A stretch of DNA of 64,000 nt from Neocallimastix sp. 'constans' (lineage: Eukaryota), in contig JBODTK010000125.1 in assembly GCA_050613775.1 (NCBI GenBank), positions 248,001 through 312,000 of the forward strand. Direction: 5' to 3'. The notes beneath the pieces were generated by a model. That model had not been told where the DNA came from and searched no databases. It was given only the letters and a program-made list of their open reading frames with translations. The translations under genes and the position numbers were made by a program. Positions 51,442 through 64,000 of this stretch are shown in pieces (the stretch's first letter is position 1; the number at the start of each line of letters is the position of its first letter).

Positions 51442-54400
51442 AGCAGAAAATAACATGCCGAGACAAAACCTCAGTTATTATGTGACTGCCCCGTCAACTA
51501 AAGCGAAGCTACCAAGTAATATAGTCAGTTGGACAATTGACTCCGGAGCCACCTATCACATGACAAATGCATTATCAAGTTTAATAGATAAGATAAGGTG
51601 TGAAGAAATTATCCAATTCGCTGACGGAGGTACAGTTACTGCTACGTACAAAGGTACGTACGTAGGCTATATTAACAATAATGAAATTACATTACGAAAT
51701 GTATTATATATTCCTAAATTCAAAAGAAGTTTGTTGTCAATAGACAACTTAAGTGAAGAAGGTTATAAAACAATATTTTACAATTTTAATAATAAAAATT
51801 TAGTTACCATTTACAACAAAGAAGGCAAAAGGATATTTACTACCAAATCTAATAAATCCAAAATATATAAAGTATGGACTTTCAAAAATAAAATAGAATA
51901 TAATAGGGACAACAACAAAAAGACTATTACATGTGACAATATTATAAAAGCTTTTAACACAGAAAACATGGAGCTATGGCACCGCCGTCTTGGCCACTTT
52001 TATATAGATAACATTAAGGAAAAATTAAATAATATAAACATACAAAATAAATGTATAATATGTGCGTCCAAGATGAGAAATAAACCTTATAACAAAGCAA
52101 GAAACAAATCAAAAGAGCCGTTTGAACTTATACATATGGATACAGTGTCATCCCTAGATAGCTCCATATATGGAAATAAATATTTCTTAAGTATATTAGA
52201 TGATTATACCAGGTACGGATGGGTCTTTTTTATGAACTCAAAAGCCGAAGTGTTCAATATTTTCAGAAAATGGTATAAGAAAGTCACCAACATTTTCAAC
52301 AAAAATATTAAATATATACGAACCGACAATGGTACTGAGTTTACAAATAATAACTTTAGGAAATTTTGTGAAGAAAATGGTATTGAACAACAATTTTCAA
52401 TACCTTACAACCCACAGCAAAACGGAAGAGCCGAACGTTTTCAAGAAACCCTCATTTATAACGCCACCGCCATGCTCAAAGACGGTAAGCTAAATCATAA
52501 ATATTGGGAAGATGCTGTAAGGACAGCAAATTACATTCATAATAGGTTACCACATAATGGTAACAACAACAAAGTGCCTTTTGAGGAATTATATCAAGAA
52601 AAGGTCGATTATGAAAAGTTTAGAGTATTTGGTTGCCAAGTTTACTTTTATATCCCAAAACAATTTAGGCGAAAATTCAACGGAACCTCCCTTCCTGGAA
52701 TATTTTTAGGATATGATGATAAAAATCCAACAGCCTACATAATATATGATACTACAAATAATAAAATAGTCCTTTCAAGGACAGTTGAATTCTTCGAAGA
52801 TACCCCTGGTAATATTTCCGCACCTTCTACAAGACCAGAAATATATAACTTTGAGGTTAATATGGAAGAATACGATGAAAATAACAAAAATACAGTATTA
52901 CTCCAAGACTATAATAACAAAAATAAGGAACATGAAAATAAAGAGACAACAGAAAATAGAGAAGAAAATAAAAATAATAACAATATAAATAATAATGATA
53001 ACTTAAATAATTTAAATAATAATTATTTAGAAAATAATAATTTAAATAATAATAATAATATAAATAATAATTATCCAAATGATAATAATTTAAATAAATA
53101 TAATTTTAATAAAAATTATTTAAATGATAATAATATTAATTTTACTTATAGTCCTAATCCAAATAAAAATTTTCCCCAATCAACCAATATAATTGACCCA
53201 TATAAAAATTATAATAATTATAATATTTTACCTTTAAATAATTTAAATAGTAATATAAGTAGCAATTTACCTTTTGCAGAAAACTTAAATCCGGCCATTT
53301 ACAATTATAATGCTGGATTTATAAATCCTAATTTAAATTATTTAAATAAAAATAATTATATTCAAAATGAAAATTATAATAATTTTCTAAATGAATATAA
53401 GGGTCATTTATATTTAAATGATAATAATTTAAATAATAATTATATTAATAAAATTATAAATTATGAAAATAATGCTCAAAATTCATCAAATTCAGGAAAT
53501 TTAAACAATAAAAATTCAGAAGATAATTCTCAAGGTAAATATAATTTAATTAACAACATAAACAATAAAAATGATAAAATGGAACAATCCATACATAATT
53601 CAAATTGTAATGATAACGTTATGAATGGAAATTCAAGTTCCATTGATAATAATTATGTAAAAAATAATTATATTCCAAATAATAATTTATATAAAAATAA
53701 TTTTAATACAAAAATGAGAATTAATAATTTATATGATGGTCAGTCGAATATGAACGATGTCCAACGTATAAATAATAATTCTAATATAAACAAAGAATTA
53801 AATTCAAATATAAACAATGAATTAAATTCAAATATAAACAAAGGATTAATTTCAAATATAAACAATGAATTAAATTCAAATATAAATAAAGAATTAAATT
53901 CAAATATAAAAAATGAATTAAATTCAAATGTAAGCAAAGAATTAAATTCAAATGTAAACAAAGAATTAAAATCAAAAGTAAACAAAGAATTAAATTCAAA
54001 TATAAAAAATGAATTAAATTCAAATGTAAACAAAGAATTAAATTCAAATGTAAACAAAGAATTAAATTCAAATGTAAACAAAGAATTAAATTCAAATGAA
54101 AATAAAGAATTAAATTCAAATGAAAATAAAGAATTAAATAAATTAGATATGAATAATAAATCAAATAATTCTACAATATCAAATATTAATAATGATAAAG
54201 AAACACCAGATAAAACAAATAATAAGAAAACAAGTAAACGTAAAGGAAAGAGAAAACTTGATTCAGAAACAAAACCTGAATCAAAGAAATTAAAATCATC
54301 AAATTTAAAGGACAAGAACGTTAAACGGAAAGGTAAGAGAAAACTTGATTCTGAATTAAAACCAGAATCAAAGAAAATAAAATCATTTGATTTAATGGAT

Positions 54401-55966
54401 ATAATAGAAGATAATTTTTCTTTATTATCTACAAAGGAGGAGCTGTGTGAACCCTATAATTATCCTGATATATTCAATAAAATTGATAAAAATGAATGGT
54501 TACAAGCAGTCAAGGAGGAATTAAACAGCATGAAAAACTTAAAAGTTTATAAGAAAGTTGATAGGGTACCCAAGGGTAGTAATATAATAACACCAAAGTG
54601 GGTGTTCAGATACAAATATAATTCAGACAATAGTATAAATAAAAGAAAAGCAAGACTGGTAGCCAGAGGTTTTACACAAAAACAAGGCATTGATTATAAT
54701 GAGACGTTCTCGCCCACATTGAAACAGGACTCTTTGAGAATAGCAACTGCTATTGCATCAGCCAATAACTTTAATATATATCAAATTGATATAAAATCAG
54801 CCTACCTAAACGCTACACTAAACGAAGATGTTTATATGGAAATTCCAGAAGGTGCTGAAGATTATAAAAATGGCTATTGGAAACTAAATAAAGCCTTGTA
54901 CGGTTTGAAACAGTCTGGTCGTTTGTGGAACGAGACTTTAAATGAAAAACTTATAAATATTGGTTTTAATAGACTTCGAAGTGAACCATGCATTTACGTT
55001 AAAATGAATGATCGGAATAAAATTATTTGTCTTCTTACAGTTTATGTAGATGATATATTATTAACAGGTAATGAACATGAAGTATATAAAACAAAACATT
55101 TATTAAAAAATTATTTTAACATAACTGATATAGGTCCTGTGGATACAATCATTGGCGTTAAATTTATAAAAGAAAAGGACGGCTATCTATTGCAACAACA
55201 TAAATATCTAGAGAATATATTAAGAAAATTTGATATAGATAAGTATAAAATATCTTCAAATATGATACCAGAAGAAAATGAAGAATTAAGAAAAAGAAAA
55301 TTCAATATCACGAAATACCAACAAGCTATAGGTAGTTTATTATATCTCGCGATATGTACTAGACCGGATATCTTATTTCCTGTGAATAAAGCTTCCAGAA
55401 AAGCCAAAGATCCAAATTATGAAGATTGGTATAATGTCATCAAAATATTTAGATACCTCAAGGGAAAACCTAATTATGGTTTAAGGTATTCAGGAAACTT
55501 AAAATTAAATGTTTATGTAGATGCAGATTACGGAGGAGATGTAGAGTCTAGAAAATCTACTACGGGTTATATAATTAAAATAGGTTCAGGACCTACCTCA
55601 TGGTATTCAAAATTACAACACTGTGTATCTGTATCTTCTGCCGAAAGTGAATATTATGGAATAAATGAATGCGCTAGACATTGCTTGTGGTATGAAAATG
55701 TATTAAATGAATTAAAATTAAATTGTAATTGTATAACAATAAATGTAGATAATAAAGCTGCCATTTATAATTGCGAAAATGAAACTATTAACCCAAGATC
55801 TAGACACATAGACATAAAATATCACCACACAAGAGATCTTATTAAAGAAAATAAAATAAAACTAAAATATATAAAGTCTGAAGATAATCTAGCCGATGGT
55901 TTTACAAAGTATCTTAATACATATCTATTAAATAAATTTAGAGATTCTATTATGGTGAAGTGTTAG
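51389..55966 (+). CDS. Copia-2 pol (protease, integrase, RT, RNase H) in the +1 frame relative to gag
   Basis: Motifs WTIDSGATYHM, WHRRLGH..CIIC, IHMD, TDNGTEF, QNGRAER, KARLVARGF, VYVDD, DADY, RHIDIKYH and NLADGFTK. Confidence 0.95.
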   Translation: MKISNPHTPFDRGVDATKAENNMPRQNLSYYVTAPSTKAKLPSNIVSWTIDSGATYHMTNALSSLIDKIRCEEIIQFADGGTVTATYKGTYVGYINNNEITLRNVLYIPKFKRSLLSIDNLSEEGYKTIFYNFNNKNLVTIYNKEGKRIFTTKSNKSKIYKVWTFKNKIEYNRDNNKKTITCDNIIKAFNTENMELWHRRLGHFYIDNIKEKLNNINIQNKCIICASKMRNKPYNKARNKSKEPFELIHMDTVSSLDSSIYGNKYFLSILDDYTRYGWVFFMNSKAEVFNIFRKWYKKVTNIFNKNIKYIRTDNGTEFTNNNFRKFCEENGIEQQFSIPYNPQQNGRAERFQETLIYNATAMLKDGKLNHKYWEDAVRTANYIHNRLPHNGNNNKVPFEELYQEKVDYEKFRVFGCQVYFYIPKQFRRKFNGTSLPGIFLGYDDKNPTAYIIYDTTNNKIVLSRTVEFFEDTPGNISAPSTRPEIYNFEVNMEEYDENNKNTVLLQDYNNKNKEHENKETTENREENKNNNNINNNDNLNNLNNNYLENNNLNNNNNINNNYPNDNNLNKYNFNKNYLNDNNINFTYSPNPNKNFPQSTNIIDPYKNYNNYNILPLNNLNSNISSNLPFAENLNPAIYNYNAGFINPNLNYLNKNNYIQNENYNNFLNEYKGHLYLNDNNLNNNYINKIINYENNAQNSSNSGNLNNKNSEDNSQGKYNLINNINNKNDKMEQSIHNSNCNDNVMNGNSSSIDNNYVKNNYIPNNNLYKNNFNTKMRINNLYDGQSNMNDVQRINNNSNINKELNSNINNELNSNINKGLISNINNELNSNINKELNSNIKNELNSNVSKELNSNVNKELKSKVNKELNSNIKNELNSNVNKELNSNVNKELNSNVNKELNSNENKELNSNENKELNKLDMNNKSNNSTISNINNDKETPDKTNNKKTSKRKGKRKLDSETKPESKKLKSSNLKDKNVKRKGKRKLDSELKPESKKIKSFDLMDIIEDNFSLLSTKEELCEPYNYPDIFNKIDKNEWLQAVKEELNSMKNLKVYKKVDRVPKGSNIITPKWVFRYKYNSDNSINKRKARLVARGFTQKQGIDYNETFSPTLKQDSLRIATAIASANNFNIYQIDIKSAYLNATLNEDVYMEIPEGAEDYKNGYWKLNKALYGLKQSGRLWNETLNEKLINIGFNRLRSEPCIYVKMNDRNKIICLLTVYVDDILLTGNEHEVYKTKHLLKNYFNITDIGPVDTIIGVKFIKEKDGYLLQQHKYLENILRKFDIDKYKISSNMIPEENEELRKRKFNITKYQQAIGSLLYLAICTRPDILFPVNKASRKAKDPNYEDWYNVIKIFRYLKGKPNYGLRYSGNLKLNVYVDADYGGDVESRKSTTGYIIKIGSGPTSWYSKLQHCVSVSSAESEYYGINECARHCLWYENVLNELKLNCNCITINVDNKAAIYNCENETINPRSRHIDIKYHHTRDLIKENKIKLKYIKSEDNLADGFTKYLNTYLLNKFRDSIMVKC
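53783..54142 (+). repeat. 24-bp coding tandem repeat, ~15 copies (N[I/V/E]NKELNS)
   Basis: Visible in both DNA and translation within the IN-RT linker. Confidence 0.92.
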
Positions 55967-55989
55967 TCACAATTGAACTTTAGGAGGAG

Positions 55990-56189
55990 TGTTAAAAATA
56001 AAGTTCAAATAGTATAGTAATTTATATTATATATATTTAAATCTCTATGTATGTATGTATGTATGTGGCTTAATACATATAATATTAATATGAAGTTATT
56101 GTGTAATTGATGTAGTAAAAAACTAATACATGTAATTAGTATAAAATAAAATAATAATTTAATAATTAAATAAAATAGAACTTAAATAA

Positions 56190-56231
<42 letters not shown>

Positions 56232-56257
56232 AAATAAAATAAAAATAAAAAACAAAA
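55990..56257 (+). repeat. Copia-2 3' LTR
   Basis: Follows the PPT. Confidence 0.9.
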
Positions 56258-56685
56258 GATTAATTTCTATTTTTCTAATTTTAATTTAAATTGTTTTTAT
56301 TTAATTATTTATAATTAATATTATATATTTTATTGATGTAATTCAAAAAAAGAAATTTTAATAAATTGTCTGTAAATGTAATACATTAAAATTTTCTAAT
56401 AATTTACATTTGCCACTTCATTCCTAAATCATATTAATAAAAATATATTTTTGTTTATAGTAACAGTAATTTGATTATTACCATATTATAAAATGAAAAT
56501 AACATTAACATAAATGATTAAAAATAATTTTTTTTGACTGGGATTAATAAGAAGGGAGTATAATAAGGCCTTCACTTCCTTAAACATATCAAATTTTCAT
56601 TGGATTCTTTGTCATACCGTTTTGTTGTCCACATAGATCTCTCCTCTAAACAAAGCTAATATGAAAAGGCACATCCTTTACACCA

Positions 56686-56743
56686 CTTTCGATGATGGTT
56701 CAAGAGATCATTGATAAATAATCTCTTAAACCATCATCGAAAG
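56686..56743 (-). other. 27-bp-stem hairpin
   Basis: ctttcgatgatggttcaagagatcatt gata aataatctcttaaaccatcatcgaaag. Confidence 0.8.
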
Positions 56744-57817
56744 AGAAACAACTAAATTAATCCTTTCATGTATCAATTGCTCTCTACACTAGCAATTATA
56801 TAGTCTAGCAATAGGAATACTTGTTATGACGAGCGAACATCCGATTTATTTATAGGGGAAAACCTTAATATATATATTATAAATTAATGTATTTTTTTAC
56901 ATAAAAAATATTTTAAGATCAATTAAATACGATAATATATAAAATAATATTAATAATAAATAATACAATAAAAAAAAAAAAAAAAGATAGAAAAATTAAA
57001 ATTAATTTAAATATTTGAATCAATTATTCAAATGAAAGAATCTGATAAACTAAATTTTTTAAATAAATATATATGAATTAGACAAAAATATCACTTCTAA
57101 ATTAATATAATATGTTACCAATTTGAGACATGATAACTCTAATCTTAATTTTCCAATAAATATTATATATTATTATATATTATTATATATTATTATATAT
57201 TATTATATATATTTTATTATAATTATATATTTTTATTTATTAATATTATTATTTATTGTTATTATTGATAATTATGTAAAGATTAAAAATGAGCAGGTAC
57301 TATCTTTCTGAGTAGTTAAAGTCAAATCATTATGCCAATGATCTTTATTATTAAAAATGCTCTGCTTTTTAAGACATGAGTCTCAAAGACGTGTCTTTAT
57401 TTATATTTTTTAATGCAAATAATAAATATATTAATTAAATAAATATTACGATTTATTTTTTTGATTATCATAAATTTGCTTATAATCATTTTTATTTATC
57501 AAAAAAAAAATCTTTTAAATATCATATGTATTTTTACAACTGATTTTTAAATACAAATAAATATTGAAATAACAATAAAAAAGAATTATAATCTATATTT
57601 GTAACTTTTTCTTATAAAAAAAAAATCAAAAGCATAAAATGGCATGTATAAATATAATTTATTATTTTTTATTTACAATTAATACTTTTATTTATATTTG
57701 TTTAGCATGCTTAGCATTTTTAAAAGCATTTATACTTTGTATATTAATAAAAATTATTTTTTAATTTTAATTATTAAAACATTAATAAAAATTAATTTTT
57801 ATTATTATTATTACTAT

Positions 57818-57863
<46 letters not shown>

Positions 57864-58201
57864 CGGATAAGAATAGATTTACAAAATATTAAATTAAGAA
57901 AATCAAAAATAGAAGATTAAAAATAAATAATATATGTTTAAAAAACGATATTAAAAATTAAATTTCTAAATATATATATATAACCTATTAAATAAAAAAA
58001 ATGTAAAAAACTATATGAAAAAATAGTACAATTAAACAATAAAAAAGTCTGATTTATGTTTTGTTAAATTTTATGACACATATTTTTTATATATTAGTAT
58101 GATAAAGATAATATTTCAATAATTAAAATTGATATATTTATATTTTTATGACTATTTGGATAGTAATGAGTAGTATTTTACATATATTATAATTCTTTTT
58201 T

Positions 58202-58240
<39 letters not shown>

Positions 58241-58257
58241 TTTTTGTTTTTGTTTTT

Positions 58258-58320
<63 letters not shown>

Positions 58321-58415
58321 TTTTGTTTTGTTTTGTTTTTTTTGTTTTGTTTTTTCAAAATTTTGATCAAACAAAACATATATATAAATTTACTGCTAAT
58401 TATGGCTTTTTTATT

Positions 58416-59232
58416 TTAACTACTACTTATTTTTCCATTTTGCATATCAGGATCAGGATTTTTACACGAATTGAATAATCTACCAAATAAAGGTTCAGAA
58501 TTTTTTCTTACTCCATTACGTGTGGCCGCATCAGGAGAAGTACTAATATCTGAAAATATACTTATACGATGATTTATAGAAGAAGAAGAAATTGTTGAAC
58601 TACGGGGAAAACTTTGAGAAAGACCTCTATTTGGATTATTATTATTATTTCTATTAGCTAACTCTGGAATCTCGATACCATCAATAGCTTCTTCCATTTC
58701 ATTATGATATTCATCATTACTATGAGCTTGACTATAAGCTTCTTGGAAAGCATTAATCCAACCTTGATATTCAGTACTAGTAGTAGCAGAAAAATATAAC
58801 ATGTGATCTTTAGTTTTTATTCTTATGCTACATGCAGCTCCAATATCAACTTCATCTTCAACAGAAATAACATCAATAAAATGAACAAAGTTTGGTCTTG
58901 TAACATTTTTTTCTGATTGTAATAATATCATGACAGGTGTTTCTATTTAATTTTTAAAAAAAAATGAATAAATAAAAAATATATTTTAATAAATTATCCA
59001 TAATCATTATTATAATTATTATATACATACCTTCCATAGCAGCATATGCAATGTTACCTAAAACGGCTGCCCTATTTTGAATTCCTTCTTTTCCTGGGAA
59101 TAAACTATGATAAATAGTAGATACATCAGTAATGGATATTGGAGCACATAACATTACAAAAACTTTATGAGTTTTTTTGTAAATTAGGTATCCTTTTTTT
59201 AAAATTTCTAATTGACCTTCCGGTTGTTCCAT
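58416..59232 (-). CDS. Small PH-domain protein, 2 coding exons
   Basis: ILKKGYLIYKK at the start and LYFSATTSTEYQGWINAFQ as the PH C-terminal helix. GT-AG intron 59030..58943 keeps the frame. Confidence 0.75.
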
Positions 59233-59670
59233 TTTAAATAATTATTATTACTTTTTTTTATATTATTTCCTAGCTTTGAAAATTAAAAAAAAAAAAAAAA
59301 AAAAAAATATTGATATATTTTTAAAAACAAATTAATATAAACATAAATTATTATTTTAATTTTCTTTAAAACTTAACATTAAAATTACCTTTTGTTTATG
59401 TATAATTGTTTGTTCTTTTAATTTATTTATTATTTTAATAACAATAAAACTACCTTCTTTTTATTTACAATTGTTCTTTTATTTTACAATTAATTTTTTT
59501 TTAGTTACACTTAGATATTTGTTATTAACTTAAAATTTCCGTAATTTTAACTTTTTATTAATAGTTATTTATATATTTTATTCCATAAAAAAAAAATAAA
59601 AATAAAAAAATTAAAATATGTATAAAATTATTATATTTATATAAATCTTTAATTATTTTCATTATTATTA

Positions 59671-60330
<660 letters not shown>

Positions 60331-60675
60331 TTTATTTTTATTACTTATTATTATTACTAAATATTTTTAATAATATATATTTCAATAGTTTTATTCAATA
60401 TATTCTTCTATATTTTAATATGTATATTAATTTATTTAATAAATTTAAATTATATATTTTTAATAAATTCTTCATTTATTTAATATTAAAATTAACTATT
60501 ATTTAATAAATAATCTTAGCATAAAGTTTTTATTAAAAAATGTGATTAAAAATAATATTAAAAAAAACTATTCAACTCATTATAGAGTCCAATATATATT
60601 TAAAATTTTATATCTTGATAAAAGTCATTATATCAGAATTTATTAAGAATAAAATTAAATTACTAATAAAAAATT

Positions 60676-60738
60676 AGACCTGGAAAATGGACATAGGGCT
60701 CCTGGTTTGTTCCCTTCCTATGATCATTTTCCAGGTTT
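60676..60738 (+). other. ~23-bp-stem hairpin, part of a dispersed repeat
   Basis: agacctggaaaatggacataggg pairs with tcctatgatcattttccaggttt (one A-A mismatch, G-U pairs). Confidence 0.75.
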
Positions 60739-61049
60739 TCCTCACAAGATGTTTTTTACAGAATATGGTGATTAGGATATTAACTTTTTGTTTTATTTTA
60801 TTAATAAAATGTAATAATAACAACTAGAATTTTATTCATTAATACTGATATTAGTAAATTTTGATGTAATATACAAATTGTAGCAATTTAAACTGGATCA
60901 AATCGTTTTCTTTATTATTTAGAATAATACTTTGAATGTCCTTTTAATGGAAAGTTTCATTTTCATTAGCAGTTACTGAAAAAAAGAGGTTTCAATAATC
61001 TCTGCTTTGAAGAAATTACATCCTCAACGTTGCTACTTCTCCCTTTTCT

Positions 61050-61625
61050 GTTAAATTATTTATAGATCACAAGCCTCTTATTGGATATTTTTATTCTAGT
61101 GTTCCTTTGAATGATCGATATGTTCGTTGGATTTCTCTTTTTAATGAATTTAAAATTGAAATTATTTATTAAAAAGGTAAAAATGATATATTAGTTGATG
61201 CTCTTTCTCGCATTCCTTCTGGATCTATATTTTCTATTTCTATTATTAAATCTTCTTTAGATAATATAAGCATTTCTTCAGATGATATTCCTACTCCTGT
61301 ATATGATTATATTAAAAACTATTATTCCTCCCTTGAAGGTCATCTTGTCTATCATGGTAAAAATAATAAATACCTAAAAGTAACTTATGATGTAAAAGAA
61401 AAGCATGAGCTTGTGATAAATGAACATCTTATGGGCCATGAAGGTGTCGAGAAAACACTCCCTCGATTAAAGGAAGTTTACTTTTGACCAGGTATGAAAA
61501 GAGATGTAAATTCTTTTGTTAAAACTTGTTTTAAGGGTCAACATTACAGATCTTCTTCTATTCCAAAGGGCACTTCTATTATTCCAACTATTATAGAATG
61601 ACCTTTTATCCATATCGATTTGGAT
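61050..61625 (+). pseudogene. Degenerate Ty3/gypsy fragment (RNase H end to integrase zinc finger) of a different family
   Basis: Translates to KLFIDHKPLIG...RYVRWISLFNEFKIEIIY*KGKNDILVDALSR...HLMGHEGVEKT...YF*PGMKRDV..FVKTC, with in-frame stops. Confidence 0.85.
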
Positions 61626-62061
61626 ATATATTTATATTAAATATTAATTACTTTAATATAGTTATCTTAACCTCTCTATATTCAAAAATATAAAACTTCT
61701 ATATTTTTATAATCATTTAAAATTACATTTAAATTTATCACAATTATACTATTTGAATCTCCTTTCTATGCAAGGTTAATTTCTAAAAATATATATTTCT
61801 AAATTCTCTTACATTTTTTTCATTAAATAAACATTTTTATAATTTTATTAATAATTTGATTGTTTTATACAATATATTATCAAATGACACTAATTTATAT
61901 GTTTATAATAACAATAAAATAGAATTATAATCTATATTTGTAACTTTTTTAAAAAATAAAAAAAAATTTTATTATTTTATTAATAATTTTATTGTTTTGT
62001 ACAATATGACACTAATTTATATATATATACAATAATTTTAATTTTAATTTACTACCAAAAT

Positions 62062-64000
62062 CTAAAAATCAAAATAATTTCTAAAAGACTCTAAATCTCT
62101 TGTATCAACTTTTTCTAATAAATCTTTTCTTCCTAATGTAATTAAAGCAGTACGTAAAGTTTCCCAAACTGAAGTAGAGTTAGCATCAGGTCCATCACCA
62201 ATACCTTCATAATAATTATTATTACCAGATTGAATAGATAAAGCACCTAATAAATGTTCAACTGCTTCTTTAACTTCATTAATATTCATACAACTAATAG
62301 CTAGATTATATCTAGCTCTTATATAGGATGGATTAATTTCTAATGCATGGAAATATGCTTCAATAGCTTTTTGTGGTTCATTATTATTAGCCAACATAGC
62401 ACCAAGTCTATTGTAAAGGATATGATCCTATTTTATTATGAATTCATAAATTTAAAAATTGATTTATATATAAATATTTATATATGTACATAAATATAAT
62501 GTATGTATAAAATATAAATAAAAAAAATAAAAATAAATAAAAAAAATAAATAGAAAAAAAATAAATCGACATAGAGAAACATTTAAATTTTAAAATTTTA
62601 AAATTTAAATATTAAATTGTATATATATTTAAATAAATAAATAAATTAATAAATAAATAAATAAAAATTAAAAAAATAATTAAATTATATTAAAATTTTA
62701 CCGTTGGCCTTTTTGTAATAGCTGCTTCAAAACAATCAATAGCTTTATCATATTCACCAGATAAATTAAATAATAAACCAAGACCAATTTGAACATCAGG
62801 ATCCAAATCTACTCCAGGTCTAAATCTCGCACAATCCAATAACAAATCAGTAATGAATTTATGACGATCTGCAAAACGAGTCATAAACATAGGATATTTA
62901 TTTAATATATGATTATATTTATCACTATTTAAAATCCATGATTCTAAAGAATCATAGGCATTTTCGATATATTCCTCATTAGCATAGGAAATAGCTAATG
63001 ACATCCAAGCATCTAATAATTTTGGATTTAATTCAGTAGCTTTCTTTAATGCTGAAATAGCTTGTGGTTCTCTTTCATTTTCTTGTTGATGGTTACCAAG
63101 CTGTAACCAAGCATTAGCATTTTGCGAATCTTTTTGTACAATAGCTTCCAAGGCTAATATAGACTCTATTAAATTTGGTAAATTTAAAGCTTCTTCTAAT
63201 GTAGGGATAGTATTGTTTTGTATAAATGGATTGTTCTTTTGAAATATATAATCGTTATAAAGATTATCTGAAGCACGAAGACTAGATTCTGATTGATCAG
63301 TAGTATCAATACCTGCCCAAACTTTATTTTTGGAATCAATATCAATATCTTTAATGTTATTTTGATAATCACGAACCCAATCCTCTAAACTATATTGTCT
63401 TGCTTCTACAACTTCATCTTCAAAATTTTCAAAAATGTCTTCATCAGTTTCTTGCCCTCTTTGAGAATCTTGATACTGTGTTGAAGTGGAAGCAACTTCA
63501 CTATTAATGTCTAATTTATCTCTCATGAGATTGTTTAATTCTGTAACGGGTATATTATTTAAGTTTTGTTGCTGGAAATAGCTAGATTCAGCTAAATTAA
63601 TTGAGGCATTATCATAAGTACTATTATTTAAGTATTGTGGAGCTTGTTCTTTTTCTTTTTCTTTTCCTTTATTTTTTATTGTATTCTCCTCTTCTAGTTT
63701 GGCTTTATTTAATTCAGCTTCTTTTTCTTTTCTAATTTCTTCAGCAACATATTTTTGATAACTATCTCCTGACATTACTGGTTCTTCTACTTCACCATCA
63801 CCCATAAAATAATTTGCCCATTGTGCTTCTTCATACCCTGTATAATTTTCTTCCCAAACTTCAGCTGGTGATGGAATTTCAAAACTATCATCTTGATCTT
63901 CTTTTTCAATAGTTTGATTTGGATCACCAAATCTTGATTCATCATATACATTTGGATGTTGATCATAAACTTTTTGATTAGAGTCAATTGGATATGCTTG
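62062..64000 (-). CDS. PEX5: PTS1 receptor peroxin 5 (5' part outside the window)
   Basis: Frame open from 64000. Pentapeptides WEENY, WANYF and WVRDY. Motifs YIFQKNNPF, LALEA, AWLQLG..QQENERE, DPDVQIGLGLLF, NRLGAMLAN, RARYNLAISC and SVWETLR. Intron 62701..62428. Confidence 0.93.

Larger units (their letters stand above)
50109..56257 (+). mobile_element. Ty1/copia LTR retrotransposon (Copia-2), full length and intact
   Basis: LTRs at 50109-50377 and 55990-56257 differ by one A in a poly-A tract. TSD GATTA at 50104-50108 and 56258-56262. PPT AGGAGGAG at 55982-55989. Confidence 0.95.

Noticed and set aside
53740..54315. Antisense or alternative-frame ORFs over TE and host CDSs (also 17419-18485, 22750, 27400-28466, 36944, 46284)
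   Set aside because: Shadows of real reading frames or of tandem repeats, with no independent motifs.

Overview
Very AT-rich, intron-containing eukaryotic DNA with long (TAT)n and poly-A/T tracts. The style is most consistent with an anaerobic gut fungus (Neocallimastigomycota); this is inferred from composition and gene content. Host genes: a PP2C phosphatase, an SLC38/Avt-type amino-acid transporter, a METTL21/Efm-family lysine methyltransferase, a YGQPP-repeat protein, a secreted Cys-rich GPI-type protein, a small PH-domain protein and the 3' part of PEX5. Roughly half of the window is retroelement DNA. (i) A Ty1/copia element (minus strand, 3'-truncated) is split by two independent, almost identical Ty3/gypsy chromovirus insertions lying tail-to-tail (TSDs ACTGT and GATAG), forming a ~7.6-kb-arm inverted repeat. 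(ii) An intact second copia element has gag and pol in different frames. (iii) There is also a degenerate APE-RT LINE, a gypsy remnant, a probable solo LTR and a tRNA-headed SINE-like element. The most notable signals are mechanistic: both copia families have a primer-binding site complementary to the anticodon arm of tRNA-Lys(CUU) (half-tRNA priming); the chromovirus has a Tf1-like self-priming structure and an 81-bp higher-order leader array; the intact copia has a CCG-AGG-C candidate +1 frameshift site; none of the three LTR families with coding sequence ends in CA; and a solo LTR sits 15 bp upstream of a Pol III tRNA-like head.
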